42,019 nt of DNA from a virus (taxonomy: Duplodnaviria; Caudoviricetes). The notes beneath the pieces are model-generated. The model had not been told where the DNA came from, made no database searches, and worked only from the letters and a program-made list of their open reading frames with translations. Each line of letters starts with the position of its first letter. Position 1 is the stretch's first letter. A program made the translations under genes and the position numbers. This document shows, in pieces, positions 27,537 to 37,552 of the stretch. The stretch is taken from the IMG/VR virus record IMGVR_UViG_3300017913_002507, positions 1-42,019 of that record. One strand, 5' to 3'.

Positions 27537-28328
27537 ATGGGATTAGATTTTAGTAAAGTTAATGATCGTTTCGATTCATTTAACAAAAACAATCAATCAA
27601 AAGAGAAGATTGATTATTCCACAATTTTTTGGAAGCCTCAAGAAGGCAAACAAGTAGTAAGGATTGTACCTTCGGCTGCAGATCCTACATTTCCTTTTAC
27701 GGAGATGAAATTTCATTACGAGTTTGATTTTCCTATTCCTGCCTTATCTAACTTTGGTAAGCAAGACCCTGTAGAAGAGTTTGTAAAGGAATTAAGAAAA
27801 TTAGGCGGTGATGATAACTTTAACGATGCTAGAAAGTATTCACCTAAGACTAGAATACTAGCTCCAGTAATTGTTAGAGGAGAAGAAGAAAAAGGAGTTA
27901 GATTATGGAACTTCGGTATTACAATTTACGAATCATTACTTAAATTAGCTAAGGATGAAGATGTAGGTGATTTTACTGACGTTATTAACGGTTGGGATAT
28001 GATCGTTGAGATGACTCCTAGAAATGCTCAAAACCCTTACCCTAAAACTGAGATAAGAATCAAACCTAAACAAACTCCACTATCAGATGATAATAACTTA
28101 GTAGAGACTTGGTTAAAAGATCAACCGTTACCTCTAGAAGTTTATAAACAGTATGATTATGAGTTCGTTAAAAAGCAGCTTAAGAAAGCTACTTTAGGTG
28201 AAGATCCTAATATCGATACGGATTTGCCAGAAAGCTTAGGTCAACAAAAATCTGACTTTACTTTAGAAACAGCTACGGCTGGCAACAAAGACAAAGTAAG
28301 TGAATTTGATGATTTATTCAATGAATAA
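27537..28328 (+). CDS. single-stranded DNA-binding protein (T4 gp32-like)
   Basis: FWKP..G..VRIVP, W.FG..IY, D.TD...G.D, acidic C-terminal tail (EFDDLFNE); adjacent to the recombinase. Confidence 0.8.
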   Translation: MGLDFSKVNDRFDSFNKNNQSKEKIDYSTIFWKPQEGKQVVRIVPSAADPTFPFTEMKFHYEFDFPIPALSNFGKQDPVEEFVKELRKLGGDDNFNDARKYSPKTRILAPVIVRGEEEKGVRLWNFGITIYESLLKLAKDEDVGDFTDVINGWDMIVEMTPRNAQNPYPKTEIRIKPKQTPLSDDNNLVETWLKDQPLPLEVYKQYDYEFVKKQLKKATLGEDPNIDTDLPESLGQQKSDFTLETATAGNKDKVSEFDDLFNE

Positions 28329-29401
28329 TGGCAAAGAAAAAAGAAACCCAAGAAAGAGCGACCGCTGCTGTACGCAAGTCGTTCAATTTATCGAACTTTA
28401 AAAAGAAGAAAGGTTATTCAAACTCTTCTGTTAAGTTTAAGGAACAAGGTTGGATTCCATTATCTCAAGCTTTTCAAGATATAACTTCAATGCCCGGTAT
28501 ACCTACCGGACATATCACCCTTTTACGAGGACATAGTGATACAGGTAAGACAACTGCTTTGTTGGAGGCAGCAGTGAATGCTCAAAAGCTGGGCATTCTA
28601 CCTGTCTTCATTATTACTGAGATGAAGTGGTCTTGGGAACATGCTAAAGAAATGGGACTACAAGTAGATGAAGTAACTGATAAGGATGGTAACGTATTAG
28701 ATTACGAAGGTCATTTTTTATATGCAGATAGAGGTCAGTTAAATACTATTGAAGATGTTGCAGTTTATATTGCAGATCTTATGGACGAACAAGCAAAAGG
28801 TAATCTACCTTTTGATATGTGTTTCTTCTGGGATAGTATTGGATCAGTACCTTGTGAACTATCAGTACGTTCTAATAAGAATAATAACGAGTGGAATGCT
28901 GGTGCTATGTCTACTCAATTTGGTAATAATCTTAATCAAAAGATTCTACTTTCTAGAAAAGAAAACTCTCCTTATACAAATACCTTAGTTGCTATTAATA
29001 AAGTATGGACTCAGAAGCCAGAATCACCAATGGGTATGCCTAAACTACAGAATAAAGGAGGTATGTCTATGTGGTATGATGCTACGTTAGTAGTTACATT
29101 TGGCAATATTACCAACCCTGGTACATCTAAGATCAAAGCTATCAAGAACGGTATGCAAGTAGAATTTGCTAAACGTACTAATGTACAGATAGAAAAGAAC
29201 CATATTGGAGGAGTTCAATCTAGAGGTAGAGTTGTTATGACTGCCCATGGATTTATACCAGATGATAAAAAAGCAATCGATAAATATAAAGATGCTCATA
29301 AAGATCACTGGTTGAAATTAGTAGGTAGTCTAGACTTTGACTTAATCGAGGAAGGAGACCTTGAAGAAGACACAACTATTACTCCTAACTTACTTGATTA
29401 A
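28328..29401 (+). CDS. uvsX: RecA/UvsX-like recombinase
   Basis: GIPTGHITLLRGHSDTGKT Walker A, FFWDSIGS Walker B, KGG..M.YDA. Confidence 0.88.
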   Translation: MAKKKETQERATAAVRKSFNLSNFKKKKGYSNSSVKFKEQGWIPLSQAFQDITSMPGIPTGHITLLRGHSDTGKTTALLEAAVNAQKLGILPVFIITEMKWSWEHAKEMGLQVDEVTDKDGNVLDYEGHFLYADRGQLNTIEDVAVYIADLMDEQAKGNLPFDMCFFWDSIGSVPCELSVRSNKNNNEWNAGAMSTQFGNNLNQKILLSRKENSPYTNTLVAINKVWTQKPESPMGMPKLQNKGGMSMWYDATLVVTFGNITNPGTSKIKAIKNGMQVEFAKRTNVQIEKNHIGGVQSRGRVVMTAHGFIPDDKKAIDKYKDAHKDHWLKLVGSLDFDLIEEGDLEEDTTITPNLLD

Positions 29402-30015
29402 TGAAAATTACACCTGTTCTAGAACGTAACGACAAAAGGTTTGTATGGGAGTTAACCGATATTGAAATTCCTGAGAAGTTACAAAAAATAGTTGACACGG
29501 GTGAATACCTTAATTATAATAAACTTTCTCCTGAAAAATCTTTAAAACATAGAGAAACAAGGTTAAAGTTGGTAAAAGATAAAGGAGCTGGGACACTTAT
29601 TGGTAATCTTTTAAAACCTGCAGTCCAACATGTGCTCAATTCCAACTATTATTTTTATGATGGGGTATGGCCTGCATTTTTTATAGATACACTTAAACAA
29701 AACCCACCCTTATTTAATGGACAAGTGGTAAAAGATTTACCAGGCCATGCTATGAGTACACATTTAGATAATAGTTTGATGTTTGCTTCGTGTATTTTGA
29801 ACCTAAAGGATAATGATGAATGCTTTACAGAATATTACTCAGACCCTAAAGGTGAAAAAGTAATTTACCGTACTAGGAGATATAGCAATAAAGGAACCGG
29901 TGTAATACATTTAAATTCTCCACATTTATATCACAACGGGTTTAATAAAGGGGGTAACGAAAGACTAATAGCATTTTGTAACCTTTCTCTTGTTGATATA
30001 ATGAAATATGGCTAA
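29401..30015 (+). CDS. putative 2OG-Fe(II) oxygenase-like protein
   Basis: HxD (THLDN), then a distal H (LYHNG) and R (NERL), in beta-strand context. Confidence 0.5.
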   Translation: MKITPVLERNDKRFVWELTDIEIPEKLQKIVDTGEYLNYNKLSPEKSLKHRETRLKLVKDKGAGTLIGNLLKPAVQHVLNSNYYFYDGVWPAFFIDTLKQNPPLFNGQVVKDLPGHAMSTHLDNSLMFASCILNLKDNDECFTEYYSDPKGEKVIYRTRRYSNKGTGVIHLNSPHLYHNGFNKGGNERLIAFCNLSLVDIMKYG

Positions 30016-31198
30016 AATCGACTACCTACATATTGAGATATCCACACTATGTAATGCAGCATGCCCTTGCTGTCCAAGGTATGATCAAAATTCACCCTTA
30101 GTAAAAGAAGGTTTGACTCCGGGTTATATAGGTTATGAAAAGTTTAAAGAGTGGTTTCCACCGGGAGTCTTATCTCGAGTTAAAAACCTAACTTTTTGCG
30201 GTAACCACGGTGACCCTGGGACAAACCCTGATTTTCCAAAAATAGTCGAGTATTTATCACAATTTAAATTAGAAACTCTTGATTTTCACACTAACGGTGG
30301 AATGAAGAAACCTAAGTTTTGGCAGAAGTTAGCTGAAGCATGTAACAAGTGTGACTTCAAAGTAAGACCGGTATTTAGTATCGACGGATTAGAAGATACT
30401 AACCACATATATAGACGTAATGTAAAGTGGACATCTTTGATGGACAACCTTACCTCGTTTATTTCCCACCTGGATAATAAGCAATACTTAGTTTGGGAAT
30501 TTTTAGTATTTAAACACAATGAACATCAGCTTGTAGAAGCAACAAATTTAGCTGATAGTTTAGGTATACCGACGGTGCAGTTTAAACACCCACTCAATCT
30601 AGACGACGGTGTTAATGTTACACCTATACCTTCATTAGGTAAAGACGGAAATATACTGTACTGGATAGACCCATCAGATTTAAAAAGGTTTAAGCCAACT
30701 TATTTACCTAAAAATAGTACAGTGGTTAAAAAAGGTAAACACCTTTTAAGCCCTATTGATCAGATGATTGAAAAGTCTAATTCATACACAGAAGAAGAAA
30801 AAAACACACTGTTGGAATTAGACAAAGTAACTATAACACCTAGATGTAAACCGTTTGATTTATATGTTGAAACAGACGGTACGGTTCACCAATGTTGCCA
30901 TGTGGCTAATGGTTTTTATTTCTTAAAGGAAATGTATTTAAAAGGTAAAAAAATAGACTTACCAACACAGCAATACCTTGAATTAAGAGATGAGATTGGA
31001 TTCAATAAGTTTAATTTACACTATACAAGTATAAGTGAAATAGAAGAAAATAGAGTTTTACACAGACTTTTAACTGATAACTGGCAAAAATCTATAGATG
31101 AAGGTAAACCTCTCATTTGTGCAACCATTTGTGGTAAAAGACAAGGTTTAGACGAACTTTATGAAGGTTTTACAAAAAGGAAAACATCAACCATATGA
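30008..31198 (+). CDS. radical SAM protein with C-terminal twitch/SPASM-like domain
   Basis: CNAACPCC near the N-terminus, GNHGDP, TNG, SIDG; C-terminal RC..QCC..CATIC. Confidence 0.88.
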   Translation: MAKIDYLHIEISTLCNAACPCCPRYDQNSPLVKEGLTPGYIGYEKFKEWFPPGVLSRVKNLTFCGNHGDPGTNPDFPKIVEYLSQFKLETLDFHTNGGMKKPKFWQKLAEACNKCDFKVRPVFSIDGLEDTNHIYRRNVKWTSLMDNLTSFISHLDNKQYLVWEFLVFKHNEHQLVEATNLADSLGIPTVQFKHPLNLDDGVNVTPIPSLGKDGNILYWIDPSDLKRFKPTYLPKNSTVVKKGKHLLSPIDQMIEKSNSYTEEEKNTLLELDKVTITPRCKPFDLYVETDGTVHQCCHVANGFYFLKEMYLKGKKIDLPTQQYLELRDEIGFNKFNLHYTSISEIEENRVLHRLLTDNWQKSIDEGKPLICATICGKRQGLDELYEGFTKRKTSTI

Positions 31199-32229
31199 AA
31201 GGTTATAACAGTATTTTAGATAATTTAAAAGAAACCCCACCCCGAGTAGTAAATGACCATATCTTGGTTATTGACGCTATGAATATGTTAATTCGTAGTT
31301 TCTCATTACTCAAAGCTATGAATCCTGACGGTACTCACGTAGGTGGTATCGTTGGGTTCTTACGCTCATTGGGTTATGTTACTCGTATATTTGACCCTAC
31401 TAGAGTAATTGTGGTATGGGACGGTAAAGGTGGTAGTGGTAATCGTAAAAATATTAACCCTGAATATAAAGCTCAAAGAGCAACATCAAGAATAACACAT
31501 TGGGGTCTGTATGATACGAAAGATCAAGAGATGGAAGCTCTTATTGGTCAACTATTAAGAGTACAAGACTATTTGGAATGTCTACCAGTTACTCAAATAG
31601 GTTTAGAAAAGTTAGAAGCTGATGATATCATAGCACATATTGCAAAAAATGCTTCTTCTTCAAATGTAAAGAAATGCACTATAGTTTCTTCTGATAAGGA
31701 CTTCTTACAACTAATAGATAATACAGTTGAAGTATATGCTCCGGTTAAGAAGAAAACATTTACTATGGATAACGTAGTTGAAGAGATAAAAGTTTTACCT
31801 CAAAACTATAACATTGTAAAAGCATTACTTGGGGATAATTCAGATAACCTTGCAGGAGTAAAAGGACTAGGAATCAAAACTATTATATCAGAATGGAAAA
31901 GTTTTACTTACGACCCATCAGCATCTCTAAATGATGTATATGATCATTGTGAAACTCAATTAGACACTGATAAACCTAAGAAGATCTTTGCTAAAATTCT
32001 ACACAGTTGGGATAAAGTAATGACTAATTTTCAGATAATGGATTTACACAGAGCTACATTAGATGAAAAGGAAAAGGATTTTGTAAAAGAAGCTCTTAAT
32101 CAACCGGTATTTAAAACTCATATAGGAGGCTTTATGTCTCTTTTAGATGAAGATAATATAGAAGGTATAACAAAAAATACTGTTGGTTGGTTAGATAATT
32201 TTAGAGGAGTACTTACAAATGGAGTATAA
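31195..32229 (+). CDS. 5'-3' exonuclease / flap endonuclease (PolI N-terminal / T4 RNase H-like)
   Basis: VIDAMN, WDG, YKAQR, EADD, SSDKDF.QL, GDNSDN..GVKG.G.KT. Confidence 0.92.
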   Translation: MKGYNSILDNLKETPPRVVNDHILVIDAMNMLIRSFSLLKAMNPDGTHVGGIVGFLRSLGYVTRIFDPTRVIVVWDGKGGSGNRKNINPEYKAQRATSRITHWGLYDTKDQEMEALIGQLLRVQDYLECLPVTQIGLEKLEADDIIAHIAKNASSSNVKKCTIVSSDKDFLQLIDNTVEVYAPVKKKTFTMDNVVEEIKVLPQNYNIVKALLGDNSDNLAGVKGLGIKTIISEWKSFTYDPSASLNDVYDHCETQLDTDKPKKIFAKILHSWDKVMTNFQIMDLHRATLDEKEKDFVKEALNQPVFKTHIGGFMSLLDEDNIEGITKNTVGWLDNFRGVLTNGV

Positions 32230-32575
32230 AAAAATATTTATAGGACTAGGATTCTTTTTTATAGCTCAATCACTATCTTGGGTTCAAAACAACAGTCAAT
32301 TTTTGAGTCAATGGGCAAAAGATAATCCTATCATACTAGCTGGATTAATGGGCATTCCGGTCGGGGTAAGTTATATCTACGGTACAGCAAATCTTGTTGA
32401 AGCTTTTAACGGTAAACTATGGCCACCCAGATTACTTGGTTTTGCAACAGGAATATTTAGTTTTACATTCTTAACATATATCTTTTTCAAAGAAGGTATT
32501 AACATGAAAACTGGATTGACTCTTTTTTTAGCGTCTATTATTGTATTAATGCAGATTTTTTGGAAATATGAATAA
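32219..32575 (+). CDS. small multi-pass membrane protein
   Basis: 118 aa with about four hydrophobic helices (SMR/DMT-like size). Confidence 0.7.
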   Translation: MEYKKIFIGLGFFFIAQSLSWVQNNSQFLSQWAKDNPIILAGLMGIPVGVSYIYGTANLVEAFNGKLWPPRLLGFATGIFSFTFLTYIFFKEGINMKTGLTLFLASIIVLMQIFWKYE

Positions 32576-32984
32576 AGGTGTTATAGCAGGCAACTTTGAT
32601 GTAATGCATCCTGGATATATAAAAATGTTTAAGGAATGTAAGGAGAATTGCGATGTTTTGATTATATTATTACATAGTGATCCTTCAATTGAAAGGCCAC
32701 ATAAACTCAAACCTATTCTTTCAGTAGAAGAGAGAAAGGAAATGTTACTATCACTTAAGTATATTGACGATATAGTTACATATACCTATGAGGAACAGTT
32801 ATATTTTTTACTTCAAATGGGTGAGTTTGATATTAGGTTCTTAGGTGATGATTACAAAGGTAAACCATTCACTGGAGACAATTTTAAAATACCTATCCAC
32901 TATCTTAACAGAGATCATGGATGGTCAACAACGAAGTTTAAAAAGTTAATTGCAGAAAGTTATGAAAAAATTAGTAATAGTTAG
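32568..32984 (+). CDS. cytidylyltransferase (TagD/glycerol-3-phosphate CT-like)
   Basis: GNFDVMHPGY (HxGH variant), ER..L...KYID, GDDY, R.HGWSTT. Confidence 0.85.
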   Translation: MNKGVIAGNFDVMHPGYIKMFKECKENCDVLIILLHSDPSIERPHKLKPILSVEERKEMLLSLKYIDDIVTYTYEEQLYFLLQMGEFDIRFLGDDYKGKPFTGDNFKIPIHYLNRDHGWSTTKFKKLIAESYEKISNS

Positions 32985-33384
32985 CGGTTACTTTAATCCG
33001 TTACATAAAGGACATTTAGAGTTATTTAGAAAAGCTAAAGAAGTTGGCGATTTACTATGCATTATAGTAAATAATGATATACAGAGAGAATTAAAAGGTT
33101 CTAAATTTTTCATGGATGAAAATGAAAGAATTGAAATAATTAGAGAGTTAAGTTTAGTAGATATGGCATGGCTTTCGATAGATGAAGATTCTACTCAAAA
33201 TGCTTCTCTAAAAATGTTAGTAAATAAGTTCTACGGTACTATGAAATTAGCATTTGCAAACGGAGGTGATCAGAATAACAATACCATTCCAGAAGCTGAG
33301 ATTTGCAAACAATTTGATATAGAATTAATCGACGGTTTAGGAGACAAAATTCAATCTTCTAGTTGGTTATTACAAAAAAATTAG
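32962..33384 (+). CDS. cytidylyltransferase-like nucleotidyltransferase
   Basis: SGYFNPLHKGH, VNND, KG..FM..ER, FANGGD, K.QSSSW; ATG 32962 preferred to the TTG at 32950. Confidence 0.85.
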   Translation: MKKLVIVSGYFNPLHKGHLELFRKAKEVGDLLCIIVNNDIQRELKGSKFFMDENERIEIIRELSLVDMAWLSIDEDSTQNASLKMLVNKFYGTMKLAFANGGDQNNNTIPEAEICKQFDIELIDGLGDKIQSSSWLLQKN

Positions 33385-33391
33385 TTATATT
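33362..33391 (+). promoter_or_regulatory. sigma70-like promoter TTGGTT-N17-TATATT
   Basis: TTGGTT 33363-68, TATATT 33386-91, upstream of the helicase. Confidence 0.55.
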
Positions 33392-33408
33392 TAAACAAAG
33401 GTTATTAG

Positions 33409-34755
33409 ATGACATTAAACACTCTTAATTCGTACGGTAAGGCATTTCAACTTAAAGTTCTTGGATCATTACTTACCGATAAAAAGTTTCTTCTTAATGT
33501 AAGAGACGTTCTTTACGATGATTATTTTGATGCTGATTCACATAAGTGGATAGTAAATCAAATAACAAGCTATTTTGATAAGTACCACACTAACATTACT
33601 ATGGACGTTCTTAAAGTAGAACTTCAGAAGTTAGAAAATGAGATACTTCAAGTAGCAGTTAAAGAAGAGTTAAGAAATTCATATGAAGCTTCACAAGCTG
33701 ATTTAGAGTATATTCAAGACGAATTTACTACGTTTTGTAAAAACCAAGAAATGAAAGCTGCAATTTTAAATTCAGCTGACCTACTTAAAAAGCATGATTT
33801 TGATGGTATTAGAAACACTATTGAATCTGCTATGAAAGCAGGTATGGATAAAAATATAGGACATGAGTATAATAAAGATATTGAGACTCGTTACCGTACT
33901 GATTACAGGCCTACTATTCCTTCACCTTGGCCTATACTTAATGACGGAATTCAAGGAGGATTTGGACCTGGTGACCTTACTATTGTATTTGGGAATCCTG
34001 GTGGTGGTAAATCGTGGACTATGGTTGCTATTGCTGCTCACGCTGTTTCTCTTGGCTATAAGGTCAACTACTATACTCTTGAACTCGGAGAAGATTACGT
34101 TGGTAAGCGTTTTGACTGCTACTTTACAGGGTACGGTATTGATGAGATTAATAAAAAGCGTAAAGAAGTAGAAACTCACGTTAATAACTTAAAAGGTAAA
34201 TTAATTGTAAAAGAATATCCACCGAAAGGTGCTTCTATTAACACCATCAAAGCACATATACAGAAATGTGTTGATATGGACCATAAACCAGATTTAGTAA
34301 TAATTGATTACGTTGATTATTTAAAAGCTCCTTCTAAGGGTAGAAATTATGAACGTAAAGATGAAATTGATGACGTATTTATTGCGACAAAAGGTCTTGC
34401 AAAAGACTTAAAGATACCTATTTTAACACCTTCTCAGGTAAATAGAATGGGTGCTAAAGATTCAGTTATTGAAGGAGATAAAGCAGCTGGGAGCTACGAT
34501 AAGATGATGGTAGCAGACATTTGTTTGTCTTTATCAAGACAGAAAGAAGATAAAGTACTTGGTACTGGACGTGTACATGTTATGAAAAACCGATACGGTC
34601 AAGATGGAATGACGTATAAGGTTAAAATGGACACAAATAATGGTCATATATCATTCGATGGAAAAATGTCTGAAGATGAAAATGGAGGAGCTAACGATCC
34701 TTTCAAAATAGTTAATAGACAAAATATTGAAGAAATTTTTGAAAATCGTATATGA
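33409..34755 (+). CDS. replicative DNA helicase (DnaB / T4 gp41-like)
   Basis: GNPGGGKS Walker A, TLE, IIDYVD, SQVNR, KNRYG. Confidence 0.93.
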   Translation: MTLNTLNSYGKAFQLKVLGSLLTDKKFLLNVRDVLYDDYFDADSHKWIVNQITSYFDKYHTNITMDVLKVELQKLENEILQVAVKEELRNSYEASQADLEYIQDEFTTFCKNQEMKAAILNSADLLKKHDFDGIRNTIESAMKAGMDKNIGHEYNKDIETRYRTDYRPTIPSPWPILNDGIQGGFGPGDLTIVFGNPGGGKSWTMVAIAAHAVSLGYKVNYYTLELGEDYVGKRFDCYFTGYGIDEINKKRKEVETHVNNLKGKLIVKEYPPKGASINTIKAHIQKCVDMDHKPDLVIIDYVDYLKAPSKGRNYERKDEIDDVFIATKGLAKDLKIPILTPSQVNRMGAKDSVIEGDKAAGSYDKMMVADICLSLSRQKEDKVLGTGRVHVMKNRYGQDGMTYKVKMDTNNGHISFDGKMSEDENGGANDPFKIVNRQNIEEIFENRI

Positions 34756-34835
34756 TCGTATATTTATTATCATGCCCGAAAGAACCTATCTGACGGGCTT
34801 CGCTATCTTAAATAATCACTAATATATAATTATAT

Positions 34836-35813
34836 ATGAGCTTACTCGAAGAAAGAATTGTATACAAGCCCTTTGAATATCCAAAGGCCTACGACTACTG
34901 GTTAAAGCAGCAACAAGCTCATTGGCTTCACACAGAAGTACCAATGGCACAAGATGTTACTGACTGGAAATCCAATCTAAAAGATCACGAAAAAAATGTA
35001 GTTGGAGGAATTCTTAAAGGATTTGCTCAAACAGAAACTATCGTAAATGATTACTGGTCTACGTTAGTTACTAAATGGTTTAGAAAACCGGAAGTTATCA
35101 TGATGGGTACTACTTTAGGTTCATCAGAAACTATTCATGCTGAAGCATATTCATTACTAAACGAGCAGTTAGGATTAGATAACTTTGCAGAGTTTATGGA
35201 AGATGAATCCACTATGGCAAAGATTGAATCATTGATGCAAGTAAGAGATAATCACGACGGTACTCCTAATTGGCACGATAGAGCTGTTTCTCTCGCTATT
35301 TTCTCTGCTTTTACAGAAGGGGTTAACTTATTTAGTTCCTTTGCTGTATTACTGTCTTTTAAAATGAGAAACCTATTGAAAGGCGTAGGTCAGATAGTTG
35401 AATGGTCAGTAAGAGATGAAAGTTTACATTCAGATGCCGGATGTTGGTTGTTTAGGACACTAATGAAAGAACACCCTGAGTTCAAAACAGATAAATTAGT
35501 AGCTGATATTCAGGATGCAGCAACAAATGCTTTAAAATTGGAGTTTGACTTCATTGATAAGGTATTTGAAATGGGAGATTTAGAAAACTTAACTAAAGAA
35601 GAGTTAAAAAACTTTATCAAGCATAGAGTTAACACTAAAATGGCTGATTTAGGTCTCACTCCCATCGTTCCTGCCGATCAAATTGATAAAGGAGCGTTAA
35701 AGACAATGAAATGGTTTGATGCAGTAATTGCAGGTAAACAACAAACTGATTTCTTTGCAAATAGAGTTACAAATTACGCTAAAGGCCATATGGATTGGTC
35801 TACAGCATTTTAA
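34836..35813 (+). CDS. nrdB: ribonucleotide reductase class Ia beta subunit
   Basis: ETIHAEAY, EGVNLFSSF, RDESLH, DFFANRVT.Y. Confidence 0.95.
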   Translation: MSLLEERIVYKPFEYPKAYDYWLKQQQAHWLHTEVPMAQDVTDWKSNLKDHEKNVVGGILKGFAQTETIVNDYWSTLVTKWFRKPEVIMMGTTLGSSETIHAEAYSLLNEQLGLDNFAEFMEDESTMAKIESLMQVRDNHDGTPNWHDRAVSLAIFSAFTEGVNLFSSFAVLLSFKMRNLLKGVGQIVEWSVRDESLHSDAGCWLFRTLMKEHPEFKTDKLVADIQDAATNALKLEFDFIDKVFEMGDLENLTKEELKNFIKHRVNTKMADLGLTPIVPADQIDKGALKTMKWFDAVIAGKQQTDFFANRVTNYAKGHMDWSTAF

Positions 35814-35823
35814 ATTATAGGTT

Positions 35824-37539
35824 ATGAGTTTACAAGTTGATACCAGCAACTGGGAAGCTGGAAAAGATTACCCAGAATGGATGAACGAAGTTTCTATAGC
35901 TACGATATCTAAAGGATATCTTATGCCTGATGAAACTCCAAGAAAAGCATATAAAAGAGTAGCAGATACAATTGCAAAAAGACTTGACCGACCAGATTTA
36001 GCGAATAAATTTTTTCGTTATATGTGGAAAGGTTGGTTGAACTTAGCCTCCCCAGTATTATCAAACACAGGTACAGATAAAGGTCTACCCATCTCATGTT
36101 TCGGTATAGACACTCCTGACTCCATTAGAGGAATCGGCCTTACTAACGCAGAGTTAATGAGGCTGACCTCTCTCGGTGGTGGCGGTGGTATTAGTTTATC
36201 AAGAGTTAGAGGTAGAGGGGAGAAAATCGGTGACGGTACTACTGGTCAATCAGAAGGAGTCGTACCATGGGCTAAGATTTATGATTCAACCATTATAGCA
36301 ACAAATCAAGGTGCTGTTAGACGAGGAGCAGCTTCAGTAAACCTTGACATTAATCACCCAGATATAAAAGAGTATCTCCAAATTAGAAGACCAAAAGGAG
36401 ATCCTAACAGACAGTGTTTAAATCTACATCAATGTGTTGTGGTAGATGATAACTTTATGCAAAGGTTAGAACATAGAGAGCCAGAGGCTATGGAACTATG
36501 GGTAGAGATACTAAAATCTAGGGTAGAAACAGGTGAACCTTATATAATGTTTAAGGATAATGTTAATAATAACAATCCTGCAGCATACAAGAAGAATAAC
36601 CTTGAAGTCTCAATGACTAATATATGCTCGGAGATAACATTATTTACAGATGAGGAGCATTCATTCATATGTTGTTTATCGTCTGTTAACCTTACTAAAT
36701 GGCATGAATGGAAAAACACGGACCTAGTAGAAACCGCAATATATTTTTTAGATGGAGTATTAGAAGAGTTCTTAGCAAAAACTTCTGGAAGAGAATCCCT
36801 GGCAAGGGCTCATAGATCTGCTAAAAAAGGTAGAGCGATAGGATTAGGAGTGTTAGGTTGGCATACTTTTTTGCAGAACGAAAGAATACCTTTTGCTTCT
36901 ATTGCGGCAACTTCGTTAACACATCAAATATTTTCAGATATAAGAACTAAAGCAGAATCAGCATCAAGAAAGTTAGCTGATGAGTATGGAGAGCCAGTAT
37001 GGTGTAGAGGAACAGGGATGAGAAACTCTCACTTACTGGCTGTAGCTCCAACAGTTTCTAATTCTACTATATCTGGAGGTGTTTCTGCTGGTATTGAACC
37101 AGTACCTGCAAATGTATATACTTTTAATTCAGCTAAAGGAACTTTTATTAGAAAGAATCCAGCATTAGAATCTTATCTAGAGGAAAAAGGTGCTAATACA
37201 GAAGAAGTATGGGATCAAATTATGAAAGACAGAGGCAGTATTGCTAACTTACCAGAAGACGTAATGCCAGCTGAGGATAAACCTATCTTTTTAACGTTTG
37301 CTGAAATTAACCAATTGGAGTTAGTAAAGCAAGCAGCAACTAGACAGCAGTATATTGATCAAACACAGTCATTAAACTTGGCATTTGATCCTTCTGATAG
37401 TCCTAAGTTTATCAATGAAGTACATCAAACAGCATGGAGAGAAGGAGTCAAAACTCTTTACTATCTAAGAACTGATTCAGTGATAAACGGGGATATTGGA
37501 AGTAGAACATCAACAGATTGTTTAAGTTGTGATGGATAA
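35824..37539 (+). CDS. nrdA: ribonucleotide reductase class Ia alpha subunit (short, no ATP cone)
   Basis: SPVLSN, SCF, GGGG, QG..RRGA, GEPY, NICSE, APTVS, KTLYYLR, C-terminal CLSC. Confidence 0.95.
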   Translation: MSLQVDTSNWEAGKDYPEWMNEVSIATISKGYLMPDETPRKAYKRVADTIAKRLDRPDLANKFFRYMWKGWLNLASPVLSNTGTDKGLPISCFGIDTPDSIRGIGLTNAELMRLTSLGGGGGISLSRVRGRGEKIGDGTTGQSEGVVPWAKIYDSTIIATNQGAVRRGAASVNLDINHPDIKEYLQIRRPKGDPNRQCLNLHQCVVVDDNFMQRLEHREPEAMELWVEILKSRVETGEPYIMFKDNVNNNNPAAYKKNNLEVSMTNICSEITLFTDEEHSFICCLSSVNLTKWHEWKNTDLVETAIYFLDGVLEEFLAKTSGRESLARAHRSAKKGRAIGLGVLGWHTFLQNERIPFASIAATSLTHQIFSDIRTKAESASRKLADEYGEPVWCRGTGMRNSHLLAVAPTVSNSTISGGVSAGIEPVPANVYTFNSAKGTFIRKNPALESYLEEKGANTEEVWDQIMKDRGSIANLPEDVMPAEDKPIFLTFAEINQLELVKQAATRQQYIDQTQSLNLAFDPSDSPKFINEVHQTAWREGVKTLYYLRTDSVINGDIGSRTSTDCLSCDG

Positions 37540-37540
37540 C

Positions 37541-37548
37541 TATTTATT
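37541..37548 (+). promoter_or_regulatory. TATTTATT variant of the putative late promoter motif
   Basis: In the 13-nt gap before ATG 37553; the same variant occurs at 34761 before nrdB. Confidence 0.45.
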
Positions 37549-37552
37549 ATAA

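Noticed and set aside
34836-37539. Introns, inteins or homing endonucleases in nrdA/nrdB (also polymerase and helicase)
   Set aside because: Reading frames are continuous and of minimal length, with no intein or endonuclease motifs seen.
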